IMG/VR virus record: IMGVR_UViG_3300042302_000394
Location: 143,814 to 207,813 of that record
Length of the DNA stretch: 64,000 bases
Direction: 5' to 3' (one strand)
Shown here: in pieces, positions 19,987 to 29,829 of the stretch
Numbering within the stretch: the stretch's first letter is position 1
How the letters are laid out: every line of letters begins with the position of its first letter
Notes under the pieces: generated by a model
Database searches by the model: none
What the model was told of the DNA's origin: nothing
Seen by the model: only the letters and a program-made list of their open reading frames with translations
Translations under genes and position numbers: made by a program

Positions 19987-20314
19987 TGCTTGTTTCTAGA
20001 ATACTTAGAATTAAATTTACACTGTTATTGGCACCGGCGCTGGCAGTAACAGATGAACCTGTTTCGATTACCAATTTACCTGTAGTTACTTCAGCCGCAT
20101 CATTAACAGGGATTTCAAAATCTTTTAACATGACAAAATTTGTATCATTTTTAATCAAGGTAAATCTAACAGTAACTGGGTCATTACCTATGTTGTTTGC
20201 CTGAGCGCCTAGTACGATGGTAGTAATATCAGCCGGCGTTTCATATATTGTCTGCGTCGATGTTGTTAACTCGAATGCCATAGTTTTAAACGAATTTAAG
20301 GGTAGCGTTGCCAT
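19979..20314 (-). CDS. Small virion adaptor-like protein
   Basis: 111 aa, beta-rich, same general pattern as the MATPNL proteins. Confidence 0.65.
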   Translation of the reverse strand: MATLPLNSFKTMAFELTTSTQTIYETPADITTIVLGAQANNIGNDPVTVRFTLIKNDTNFVMLKDFEIPVNDAAEVTTGKLVIETGSSVTASAGANNSVNLILSILETSNE

Positions 20315-20317
20315 TTT

Positions 20318-22561
20318 TTAGGATCCTATTGCCAGTATATATGGCGTCATTACTGCGAACAGACTCTTGGTAAATGTTCTACCAGATATTGTTCCTATGC
20401 TGTTATTTATAACCAGGTCATTACCAATACGGAAATCTCCCTGCTGGTCTGTACCGGTATAGTAGACTTTCCCCCCATCTAATGCCACTGCTTGATTATC
20501 ACTGTTGGGTTCACCGCCTAGATAGGGCAAGGCCGAATTGATGTTTATACCTGCACCAATCCATTCAAAGTTGTGTGCCGAACTCTGTATTTGACTGTAT
20601 TGATGGAATGATACCACAGTGTTGTCCGCAACAGCCGGACTAACTGACGACTGTAAGGTAACTGTGCTCGAGTAAGCGTTTTCTAATATGTTAGATACGA
20701 TTGCTACTAATGCCTGTGCTCTTGCTGATTCAGTAGATGTTCCTGCTGTGGTACTAGTATTCTGCACTACACTAGACTGCAATGGAGTAACGGCTGTTGC
20801 TAATATACAATCATCTACAATTGTACTGATAAAATCATATGCTGCAATAGTAGCAGGTTTTTCTTCTAATGGTATTCTAAACACTGCTCCGTCGTAGTAG
20901 GAATCGGCAGCATCGGCAGTCTGACTATTGCCCCCGTATAATACATCGTAACTTACTGCATCTATAATATATCCTACATCTCTCTTGCAGGTGCCTGTAT
21001 TGTAGACAAGAGAAGGATATTCATCAGCAATATAGGCTATAGTTTCTTCTGCAATGAATGCTCTATTAGACTGAAGTAAAGTAACTGCATTAACAGTAGA
21101 AGTACTTGCACCTGTTGGTGTATTATAAGCCAGTGCAGGCGCTGCCGATTCGCCATTCTCTAATATGTTTAATAATATATCAAACAGATTAGATGTGCGT
21201 GTATAGGCAGTAGTTGCCGGAGTTAATAAAGCCAGTGTCTTGGTTTTTAAGAAACTGATAGCACTTAATGTTTCAGTTAATTGATCTTCTACGACTACTA
21301 AACTTGCTGCTCTATAATAACTCGTGCCTGCTTTCACAGTTTGATAGTTAGTGTTTAACACCATGTCGTATGCCACAGCATTTAAAATGTCACCTACGTC
21401 TCTACTGCACTTGAATTGATTAAAATCAAATCCTGGAAATGTTTCAAGAACATGATTAATAGTCATCACCTGTAATTTTGGCTTTTCGTTGAGTATAACT
21501 TGTCTAGAATTTCTTAAACCTGCATCTTCTGCTGTTAATATAGGATAGACAATGTCTGTGTTGCCCGTTTTAAATGCAGTTGCACTGACAATGGTATAGT
21601 ATGTACTAGTACCGAAACTGATAGCATCTCCCACGGATGGTTTAATACTTAAATTATCAATAGTAATTGTTCTACCACTAGATGTGCTGACTACCTTGCC
21701 TGTGTATTTTGCGGGACTTACTCCTACTGCTTTTAATGCATAGTTACCGAAACTGCTGTTACTGTTGGTAATAGAACAGAATCCGCCTGTTTCACACAAA
21801 AATCCCACATCGCAGCAAATGGTAAACACTGACACTAAAGATGCATATCCACTGTTTAACATATGTATGCCGATGCCGCCCTGGTTATACTGCGTGAACG
21901 CATCAACCATCATACTCTTTGTACCCAGTGCATGATCCCCGTCAACACGCATACCAGTACCGCTGCTGGTCATACTGGTGCAGTTTTGCACATATGGACT
22001 AGTAGATATAACACCTGCACTACCGTCCGGATCAAATGCCACTGCTGCGGAGGGGCTTACATGATCCTTAAATGTCATGTGTGCTAGGTAAGATCCATTG
22101 TTTACGTAGAATAAGTCGTTAGTGGGAGTTTGTGGACGAACTGTAACAGATCTTAAATTATCACCAATTACAGATACAAAATCTGGTACTGTGATAGGAT
22201 TTGCTTCAGTGTAGTCCCCGCTCTTGACAAAAACTGTAGTACCGCGAGTAGCAATAGCTAACGCTGCTTTGATAGTTCTTTTGCTTAAATTTAGTGCAGT
22301 TCCAGAATTTGCATCGTTGCCGCTTTCACTAACATACAGAACATTATCGACTGCAATGTTGCCCACGCTACCTGCATAACCTACACTACCTGTATAGCCG
22401 CGAATCCCGCCGTAGTCTAAATCTAGCCAGTTGTCCTGGCCGTTACCTATTTTAAACAGATCAGTATCTGTTTCTATACCCATTTCGGCTACAGCTAGGG
22501 CAGGGTTAACGCTAGCCCATTCCGCTGCTGTCCCCCTTTTAAATTGAATCTGTATTGCCAT
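20318..22561 (-). CDS. Tail fibre/spike: Mtd_N-like N-terminus, beta-helix region and two C..RDVG helical repeats
   Basis: IQFKRGTAAEW..NP.LA..E.G.ETDT..FKIGNG; YVSESGNDANSG; KCSRDVG and TCKRDVG repeats. Confidence 0.75.
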   Translation of the reverse strand: MAIQIQFKRGTAAEWASVNPALAVAEMGIETDTDLFKIGNGQDNWLDLDYGGIRGYTGSVGYAGSVGNIAVDNVLYVSESGNDANSGTALNLSKRTIKAALAIATRGTTVFVKSGDYTEANPITVPDFVSVIGDNLRSVTVRPQTPTNDLFYVNNGSYLAHMTFKDHVSPSAAVAFDPDGSAGVISTSPYVQNCTSMTSSGTGMRVDGDHALGTKSMMVDAFTQYNQGGIGIHMLNSGYASLVSVFTICCDVGFLCETGGFCSITNSNSSFGNYALKAVGVSPAKYTGKVVSTSSGRTITIDNLSIKPSVGDAISFGTSTYYTIVSATAFKTGNTDIVYPILTAEDAGLRNSRQVILNEKPKLQVMTINHVLETFPGFDFNQFKCSRDVGDILNAVAYDMVLNTNYQTVKAGTSYYRAASLVVVEDQLTETLSAISFLKTKTLALLTPATTAYTRTSNLFDILLNILENGESAAPALAYNTPTGASTSTVNAVTLLQSNRAFIAEETIAYIADEYPSLVYNTGTCKRDVGYIIDAVSYDVLYGGNSQTADAADSYYDGAVFRIPLEEKPATIAAYDFISTIVDDCILATAVTPLQSSVVQNTSTTAGTSTESARAQALVAIVSNILENAYSSTVTLQSSVSPAVADNTVVSFHQYSQIQSSAHNFEWIGAGININSALPYLGGEPNSDNQAVALDGGKVYYTGTDQQGDFRIGNDLVINNSIGTISGRTFTKSLFAVMTPYILAIGS

Positions 22562-22593
22562 TTTTATATATTCCAGTTGACAGGATATTTATT

Positions 22594-25500
22594 CTAAACA
22601 ATGTAGCCTGCATCTAAGGCAGTAATGCCCACATGATTTGAGTCCGGAGTCCCGCCATCGTAATTACCGGATGCGCCGCTGCCACCCGATATAGTAACTA
22701 CGACGGCTCCTGTGCCACTTGACACAGCAGACACTCCGTCCCCTAAGAATGTGATACTTGTAACGGTGTTAGTTATAGTAGTTGTTTGATCGACAATTTT
22801 AATAGAAGATCCTGATCCGGCGCTACCAGTGTAACCAACAGCAGCATATTCACCCGGGATACCTTGGCTACCAGTGTATCCTAGATCGCCCTTACTTCCG
22901 GTAAATCCAGTTTCACCTTGACTACCGGTAAATCCAGATCCTTGACTGCCGGTGTATCCAATACTGCCAATAAATCCAACTGATCCCACAAATCCAGTTT
23001 CACCTTGACTACCTGTGAATCCGGTTCCTTGACTGCCGGTGTATCCAACTGATCCCACAAATCCAGTTTCACCTTGACTACCTGTAAATCCAGCTCCTTG
23101 GCTACCAGTAAATCCAATACTGCCAGTGTATCCAACTGATCCCACAAATCCAGATTCGCCTCGACTACCTGTAAATCCAACTCCTTGACTACCTGTGTAA
23201 CCTAAATCGCCGGCAATACCCTGACTACCAGTGAAACCTGTAATGCCTTGACTACCTGTAAATCCAATACTGCCTGTATAACCTTTACTACCCGTAAAGC
23301 CCTTGCCGCCGGCAACAGGTGTAAACACAACAATTAAATTAAACGTTGCTGATGCTGTTTGTGGAACTGTGTCTTGCACTGTCACAGTAAAAGCAGCAGA
23401 ATTCGTCAGTACAGTAGGAATACCAGTGATAAATCCTGTAGCAGTGTTGAAACTTAGACCTGCAGGAAGATTAGGACTGATAGAATAAGTAACTGCACCA
23501 AAGCCCCCGGACACGATCACTGGCTGAAATTCTGTTTCAGCGTTTAATTCTAAAGCAACATCGCTGTTTTGCGGTGCAGCAACTAACGACGGAGGAACAG
23601 CATCATTTACTACTAAGTTAAAGTTAGCCGACGCAGTTATGCCCACACTGTCCAATGCAGTTACTGTATAAGTTGCTGAGGATTCAGTAGTAGGGGTTCC
23701 TGTAATTTGTCCGCTGGCGGTGTTAAATGTCAATCCGATAGGAAGCGAAGGACTAATGCTATATGTTTTAGATCCAGTGCCGCCTGTAGCAGTGACAGGG
23801 CTGACTGCTGTAATTTGAACATACTCTGTCAATACAATAGTTGGATTATTAACTACGGCAACTAACGGTTGTGCGATTACAGATAGACTAAAAGTGTTAC
23901 TGCTGGTTTGCGATAAACTATCAGTTACTGTAACAGTAAAATTAGTAGAAGTTAATAGTGCAACAGGTGTTCCTGTTATTCTTCCTGTGCTGCTGGCAAA
24001 TTGTAAACCAGTTGGCAAACTCGGGCTGATAGAAAATACTAGTGTACCATCGCCGCCTGTGGCAGTAACTGGAATAACGGGTGTGATCGTTTGACTTATA
24101 ACTAGCTCAACTGACGCAGTACTCAACACAGTGTTAACTGGCGGAGGATCTATTACAGTTAACAAGAATGTGGAAGAATTTGAAGACCCTACACTGTCAG
24201 ACACAATAACAGTAAAAGATGTAGCTGTCAACAAAGAATTAGGTTTACCGCCAACGAGTCCAGTGTTGACATTTAATGTCATTGTTGCAGGTAATGAAGG
24301 GCTTATGCTGTAAACCAAAGGAGCAATACCTCCAGCGCCGTTCACTGGTTTAAATGCTGTTGTTTCTTTTGTTCTTGTTGCAGTAGTTGAAGCAATCACC
24401 GTTGTTGCAGTAACAGGTGGATTGTTCAACGTTAAATTAAATTGTTTACTACTGACTTGTGCAATAGAATCATTTGCCGTAATAGTATAAGTTTGGTTAA
24501 CTAATACTGTGGCAACACCGCTGATTCTACCGTTGCCACTGTTAAAACTTAATCCTGCGGGCAAACTTGGGCTAATAGCAAAACTTATTGAACCAAAGCC
24601 GCCGGATGCGCTTACCGGGACTATGCTGATTGTGTCGGTTACTCTGTTAAATGTAGCAGACGATATAACCAAAGTGGTAGTTAATGGTGGCGGCTCATTT
24701 ACTGTTATTTTAAATGTGTTGCTGGCTGTTTGACTTAAACTGTCTGTAACAGTAACTGTATAAGTTGTTTCTGTTGATACAACTGTAGGGGTTCCAGTGA
24801 TCTGTCCAGTTGAAGTGCTAAATGCTAGCCCTGCAGACAAATTTGGTGCTACGCCGTAAGAATAAATTAAAGACCCGCCTGTAGCAGTCACTGGTGTAAA
24901 TGCTGAAATTGGTACAGTTCTAATCAGTGTCGAACCTGCAACAGATTGTTGTGCTTGTAATGGAGGCGTTTCAACTGTTAAACTAAAACTCTCGCTAGCA
25001 GACTGTGTAGCCTGATCTGAGACTGTTACAGTATGATTGGTAGCAGTACGGAAAATAGTAGCGGTGCCTGATACCTGTCCAGTTGCTGCGTTAAAATTTA
25101 AACCTGTAGGGAGTGCTGGATTAATTGCAAATGTCAGTGTACCAAATCCGCCAGTTGCAGTTATTGGAATAAAAGGAGTGTCTGCTAGATTTTGAACCAG
25201 TGTCTTAGTACCAATACTGGAAATTATCAATATAGGTGCAGGGTCTACTTTAAGACTAAATGTTTTGCTGCTAGTCTGTGGGGTACTATTACTGTCAGTT
25301 ACTGTAACAGTGTTGTTGGTGTTAGCACTTACAACTGTAGAAGATCCTGTTATTTGTCCAGTCGCAGTATTAAATGACAATCCTGAGGGCAAGCTAGGAC
25401 TAATTGCAAATGTCAGTGTACCTTCGCCACCACTTGCAGTTACCGGTGTAAAGGGAGCACTAACTTGCGAATTCTGAATCAATGTTCTAGAAGAAATCGC

Positions 25501-27216
25501 CAGTGTCGTTGATAATACAGGTGGGCCAACTAGAATAGTAAACTGTTTTGATGTAGTTTGTGTTGCTTGATCCGTTATGGTAACTGTATACTGCGTCTGA
25601 GTAGAAGTAACAGTAGGACGACCAGATATTTGACCAGTTGTAGTACTGAATGTTAATCCAGCAGGTAGTGCCGGACTAATTGCATAAGATAAAGTTAAAT
25701 ACCCACCGCTAGCAGATACTGGAGTAAATGCCGTAATGGTAGTATTTTTAATGAATGTACTAGTTGCAACTAGTAGTGTTGAATTAAGAGCAGGTAATGC
25801 TTCAACTGTTAAACTAAAAGTTTTGCTGCTAACTTGTGAAGGACTACTAGAGTCAGTAACTGATACAGTGTAAGTCGAAGCTGCAATGGCTTCAGTGGCC
25901 GTGCCCGATACTACCCCAGTTGATGTGTTAAAACTTAACCCAGCAGGCAATGCTGGACTAATTGAAAATGCTAAAGGCGTTATACCACCGCTAGCAGTTA
26001 CTGGAGTAAATGCTGTGAACGCAATAGTTCTAATTAGAGTTCTACTAGAAACATTTTGTACAGTAATTAGCGCCGGAGGAAGTATTTCTAAACTAAAAGT
26101 CTTACTGCTAGTAGCACCAGAACTGTCGCTAACAGTAATAACAAAATTATTCTGTGCAAAAGATACAGATGGTGTTCCTGAAATAAATCCTGTTGCAGTA
26201 TTAAATGTTAGTCCTGCAGGTAATGCAGGATTGATAGAATATGTTAAAGTTCCAATTCCGCCTGTACCATTAACTGGTTTAAATGCGGTAATAGATAAAT
26301 TTTGTGTAAGTGTTCTACTTGCCGTGTCTAGTGTAGAACCCAATTGGGTTGCTCCTGCGGCAACAGCTAATGTAAATGTTGCACTGCCTGTTTGACCGCT
26401 AGCATCTGTAAAAGTCATTACATATGAAGTAGATGGCGATGCTACTGTAGGAGTTCCGGCGATAACAATATCAAGATAGTTGTACCAGTAATTAACTGTG
26501 TCCGCTGCTGTTATCGATTTAACAGTAGCATCAGTGATACTAACAGTTGCACCTGTATTCCACGCAACCTGTCCTATCGGTGATGTTCCTCCGCTTAGAC
26601 TAGGATTAGCATTATATCTAAGCGTGATTGTGGATACTGTAACAGCAGTACATTCCCATATTCCGTTGTAGCTGGTTTTAGTTTGTCCTCTTACTGCGTA
26701 AAAACTTCCAGCAACAGGAGTTTGTCCGTTAGAAGTATATTGATATGTTACAGACCACGAAGTTCCAGATCCTGATATAGTAGGAGCAGTGCCAGAGACA
26801 TTTAGATCAACTCTAGTTTTTTTAATAGCAAGTCCAGCAGGCAGTGCAGGATTGATACTAACATTTAAAATTTCAGTTGGTATCGCACTTCCGCCGTACA
26901 CACTTACCGGATTAAAGGTGGCCAGTGTGCCTTGTGTAAAATTCAATGTAGGAACTAAGGTCGTTGCTACAATATTAGGCGGAGTAGGAGGTGAAGCTAG
27001 ACCGGGAAATCTAGAACCTGTTACGCCCAGGTAAGGTTTTGTTAAATCGTAGTTGCCCAGTGTAATCTTACCAGCAGACAACCCAGTACCTAATACGCCC
27101 GTTCTGGCAGCGCCGTTTTGGTTGATATAAGCGTCTTGAGCACCGAAGTAATTGTCACCTGCTACAGTAGCGGGTGCAGGTTGAGCTGTTGGATAGGGAA
27201 AGTAATAAATGGTCAC
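22594..27216 (-). CDS. Large virion protein with tandem putative-Ig (He_PIG-like) repeats and a collagen-like tail
   Basis: More than 10 repeats of [YF]SISP.LP.GL.FNT.TG.I.GTPT; GFTGSQ tract; GTG start 7 nt after TAAATA. Confidence 0.85.
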   Translation of the reverse strand: MTIYYFPYPTAQPAPATVAGDNYFGAQDAYINQNGAARTGVLGTGLSAGKITLGNYDLTKPYLGVTGSRFPGLASPPTPPNIVATTLVPTLNFTQGTLATFNPVSVYGGSAIPTEILNVSINPALPAGLAIKKTRVDLNVSGTAPTISGSGTSWSVTYQYTSNGQTPVAGSFYAVRGQTKTSYNGIWECTAVTVSTITLRYNANPSLSGGTSPIGQVAWNTGATVSITDATVKSITAADTVNYWYNYLDIVIAGTPTVASPSTSYVMTFTDASGQTGSATFTLAVAAGATQLGSTLDTASRTLTQNLSITAFKPVNGTGGIGTLTYSINPALPAGLTFNTATGFISGTPSVSFAQNNFVITVSDSSGATSSKTFSLEILPPALITVQNVSSRTLIRTIAFTAFTPVTASGGITPLAFSISPALPAGLSFNTSTGVVSGTATEAIAASTYTVSVTDSSSPSQVSSKTFSLTVEALPALNSTLLVATSTFIKNTTITAFTPVSASGGYLTLSYAISPALPAGLTFSTTTGQISGRPTVTSTQTQYTVTITDQATQTTSKQFTILVGPPVLSTTLAISSRTLIQNSQVSAPFTPVTASGGEGTLTFAISPSLPSGLSFNTATGQITGSSTVVSANTNNTVTVTDSNSTPQTSSKTFSLKVDPAPILIISSIGTKTLVQNLADTPFIPITATGGFGTLTFAINPALPTGLNFNAATGQVSGTATIFRTATNHTVTVSDQATQSASESFSLTVETPPLQAQQSVAGSTLIRTVPISAFTPVTATGGSLIYSYGVAPNLSAGLAFSTSTGQITGTPTVVSTETTYTVTVTDSLSQTASNTFKITVNEPPPLTTTLVISSATFNRVTDTISIVPVSASGGFGSISFAISPSLPAGLSFNSGNGRISGVATVLVNQTYTITANDSIAQVSSKQFNLTLNNPPVTATTVIASTTATRTKETTAFKPVNGAGGIAPLVYSISPSLPATMTLNVNTGLVGGKPNSLLTATSFTVIVSDSVGSSNSSTFLLTVIDPPPVNTVLSTASVELVISQTITPVIPVTATGGDGTLVFSISPSLPTGLQFASSTGRITGTPVALLTSTNFTVTVTDSLSQTSSNTFSLSVIAQPLVAVVNNPTIVLTEYVQITAVSPVTATGGTGSKTYSISPSLPIGLTFNTASGQITGTPTTESSATYTVTALDSVGITASANFNLVVNDAVPPSLVAAPQNSDVALELNAETEFQPVIVSGGFGAVTYSISPNLPAGLSFNTATGFITGIPTVLTNSAAFTVTVQDTVPQTASATFNLIVVFTPVAGGKGFTGSKGYTGSIGFTGSQGITGFTGSQGIAGDLGYTGSQGVGFTGSRGESGFVGSVGYTGSIGFTGSQGAGFTGSQGETGFVGSVGYTGSQGTGFTGSQGETGFVGSVGFIGSIGYTGSQGSGFTGSQGETGFTGSKGDLGYTGSQGIPGEYAAVGYTGSAGSGSSIKIVDQTTTITNTVTSITFLGDGVSAVSSGTGAVVVTISGGSGASGNYDGGTPDSNHVGITALDAGYIV

Positions 27217-27239
27217 AGTATTATATTTACCCTATTTTA

Positions 27240-28931
27240 TTATGCTCTCACTGTCAAGTCTAATATGTCAAAATATCCTAATCCAGTATCGTAACAAATG
27301 AATATAGCAGCATTGACATCATCATAGTAATAGTCACCGGGTTTAAGATCGCTTAGGCTTAATCCGTTTGCAGCATCTGCATTGGTATACATTCTAGGTG
27401 CAGCTGACAGTTGTCCCGAGCCATCTGGAAATACTAGGGTGTAACCCGATTGTATAGTAATAGAACCGATACCGTCTGAAACAAGACCTTCTACGGCACT
27501 ACCTGTATAGCCAATGTCCCCTTGACTACCTGTATAACCATCACGTCCTATTACACCGTCAACACCTGCACTACCTGTGAATCCAATACTACCTGTATAA
27601 CCTAGATCACCGGCGCTGCCTACATCACCTTTTTCTCCTTGCGAACCTACATAACCTACGTTGCCTCTCGAACCTACATAGCCCACATCGCCTTGTGAAC
27701 CTACATAGCCCACATCGCCTTTTTCTCCCTGCGAACCTACATAACCTACGTTGCCTCTCGAACCTACATAGCCCACATCGCCTTGTGAACCAGTATATCC
27801 ATCTATGCCTTGGCTACCAGTAAAACCAATACTTCCAGTATACCCTAACTCTCCCTGCGGTCCTACAATATTTCCAACATCTAACCAATCATCACCGACC
27901 CAAATGTTTAAGTGGCCATTATCAGATGTAATGTATCCATCACCGATATTTCCTAGATAGGACCCGGGGAGAGTTGCGTAGGTAGAAGTACTACCTAAAA
28001 TCTGTACACTAGTACCGTCAGTACCTCGACTACCCACATAGCCCACATTTCCCTGACTACCTGTAAATCCTAATTCTCCTTGTGAACCCGAGTATCCAAT
28101 GCTTCCAGTAAAACCTAGATCACCTTGACTACCTGTAAATCCTAATTCACCTTGTGATCCGGTAAAACCTTGTGATCCAGTATATCCACGACTTCCAGTA
28201 AATCCTATATCGCCTTGACTACCAGTAAATCCAGTATCACCAACTGATCCATCAACACCGGCACTTCCAGTAAATCCTATATCGCCTTGACTACCAGTAA
28301 ATCCAGTATCACCAACTGATCCATCAACACCGGCACTTCCAGTAAATCCAGTATTGCCTTGACTACCAGTAAATCCAGTATCACCAACTGATCCATCAAC
28401 ACCGGCACTTCCAGTAAATCCAGTATTGCCTTGACTACCAGTAAATCCAGTATCACCAACTGATCCAGTATAACCTACATTCCCTTGACTACCTGTAAAA
28501 CCTTGACTGCCTGTGTAGCCCGTATATCCGAGATTTCCCTGAGATCCAGTGTACCCGGTATCTCCACGCGAGCCTGTATAGCCAATATTACCCTGCGAAC
28601 CTGTATAGCCTGTAGGGCCTTGTATTTTTCCTACATCAACCCAAACTGTCCCGTCCCATACCCATAAATTTCCAGTGGCTTCTTCAATAAATCCATCACC
28701 GGAATCGCCTGCGTAACTAGTTTCCAATTGAGTACTATTAGATACGCTGCCTGTAATAGTAACGCCACTACCCGAACCATTAAATTGCAGTAATCTGCCG
28801 CCAGGGGTAACGCCGTCACCTATGCGTAGGTCCCCTAATGTCTCATCATACCAAATTGTGCCCTTGTCCCCTACCCAGTCGTAAGAATTGACAGTTATTA
28901 TTCTACCGGCTTGTATTTTATAGATTGGCAT
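27240..28931 (-). CDS. Collagen-like fibre protein with G[YF]TGSQ repeats
   Basis: [12 protein letters not shown]-terminus and long [17 protein letters not shown] tracts with exact DNA tandem duplications. Confidence 0.85.
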   Translation of the reverse strand: MPIYKIQAGRIITVNSYDWVGDKGTIWYDETLGDLRIGDGVTPGGRLLQFNGSGSGVTITGSVSNSTQLETSYAGDSGDGFIEEATGNLWVWDGTVWVDVGKIQGPTGYTGSQGNIGYTGSRGDTGYTGSQGNLGYTGYTGSQGFTGSQGNVGYTGSVGDTGFTGSQGNTGFTGSAGVDGSVGDTGFTGSQGNTGFTGSAGVDGSVGDTGFTGSQGDIGFTGSAGVDGSVGDTGFTGSQGDIGFTGSRGYTGSQGFTGSQGELGFTGSQGDLGFTGSIGYSGSQGELGFTGSQGNVGYVGSRGTDGTSVQILGSTSTYATLPGSYLGNIGDGYITSDNGHLNIWVGDDWLDVGNIVGPQGELGYTGSIGFTGSQGIDGYTGSQGDVGYVGSRGNVGYVGSQGEKGDVGYVGSQGDVGYVGSRGNVGYVGSQGEKGDVGSAGDLGYTGSIGFTGSAGVDGVIGRDGYTGSQGDIGYTGSAVEGLVSDGIGSITIQSGYTLVFPDGSGQLSAAPRMYTNADAANGLSLSDLKPGDYYYDDVNAAIFICYDTGLGYFDILDLTVRA

Positions 28932-28952
28932 AACGATATTTATCGTATGCTG

Positions 28953-29243
28953 TTATCTTGACATTAATGCTTTTAGTTGTTGAATAATGTCGTTCTGCTC
29001 AGGGGGCTCTTCGCCCACTGTTTCCTGACCTGTTAGTTTGTCTATAACAGGGCTGTCTTTGCCTGCTGCGGCTTTAGCAAGTTCTAGTTCTTGCTGCTGT
29101 GGGCTGATCATCACAGGATTTTGCTGCAATTCTGTATCGGCTTCCTCGGGTGGGTTTTGACCAGCAGCATTAACCACAGGATCTTCATCACCATTAATTG
29201 TAATGGTAATAGGTACATTAATGGTGAATTCTTTTGCTCTCAT
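28953..29243 (-). CDS. Acidic hypothetical protein, putative capsid-internal protein
   Basis: Starts MRAKEF; TAAATA-4nt-ATG. Confidence 0.7.
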   Translation of the reverse strand: MRAKEFTINVPITITINGDEDPVVNAAGQNPPEEADTELQQNPVMISPQQQELELAKAAAGKDSPVIDKLTGQETVGEEPPEQNDIIQQLKALMSR

Positions 29244-29381
29244 GATGTATTTAGTTGCCGGTTACTTAATCCGGCGCCGAATTTTTTATGGCTCAGCAGT
29301 GTAATTACGCCGGCAATTTACGTTTGCTAGACGGACGCCTGCCCGGTGGGCTAACCGTTACGACAACGGACCTAAGGTGGT

Positions 29382-29822
29382 TTAGTTACACCAACTTTGT
29401 TTAGCATCGCCGTAATATTCGCGTGCTAGACCGTTGGCAATTAATCCTTGACGAATGCTCTGTCCATTGACTAAGATGTCTCCTAGAATGCGACCGCCAA
29501 ACTTGTCCCAACCGTAGATGATAACTTGATGTTTAGGGTGGGATTGAATCGCATGTGTGGTAAATTTGCTGGCCACTAATGCTCTCTCGTTTTCTTGCGG
29601 GCACTGTGCTCTGTGTCCTTTTTCCGGAGTATCAACACCAAATATACGAACTGCTAGTTCTGGCTTTAGTGGAGCAGGAAGGAATGGTGCTGCAATCACA
29701 ATAGTGTCACCGTCGCTTACACGTATAATCTGTGCGTCATAAGTTGCACCTTTAGGTGTCTTTTGTGCTAGAGCAGGAACTGCCGCCACTGCTAATAATA
29801 GGGTTAATAATAGTTTTTTCAT
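29382..29822 (-). CDS. Thermonuclease (SNase-like) with signal peptide
   Basis: MKKLLLTLLLAVAAVPALA signal; DGDT, RIFGVDTPE, DKFGGRILG motifs; start moved to ATG 29822. Confidence 0.9.
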   Translation of the reverse strand: MKKLLLTLLLAVAAVPALAQKTPKGATYDAQIIRVSDGDTIVIAAPFLPAPLKPELAVRIFGVDTPEKGHRAQCPQENERALVASKFTTHAIQSHPKHQVIIYGWDKFGGRILGDILVNGQSIRQGLIANGLAREYYGDAKQSWCN

Positions 29823-29829
29823 AATGTAT

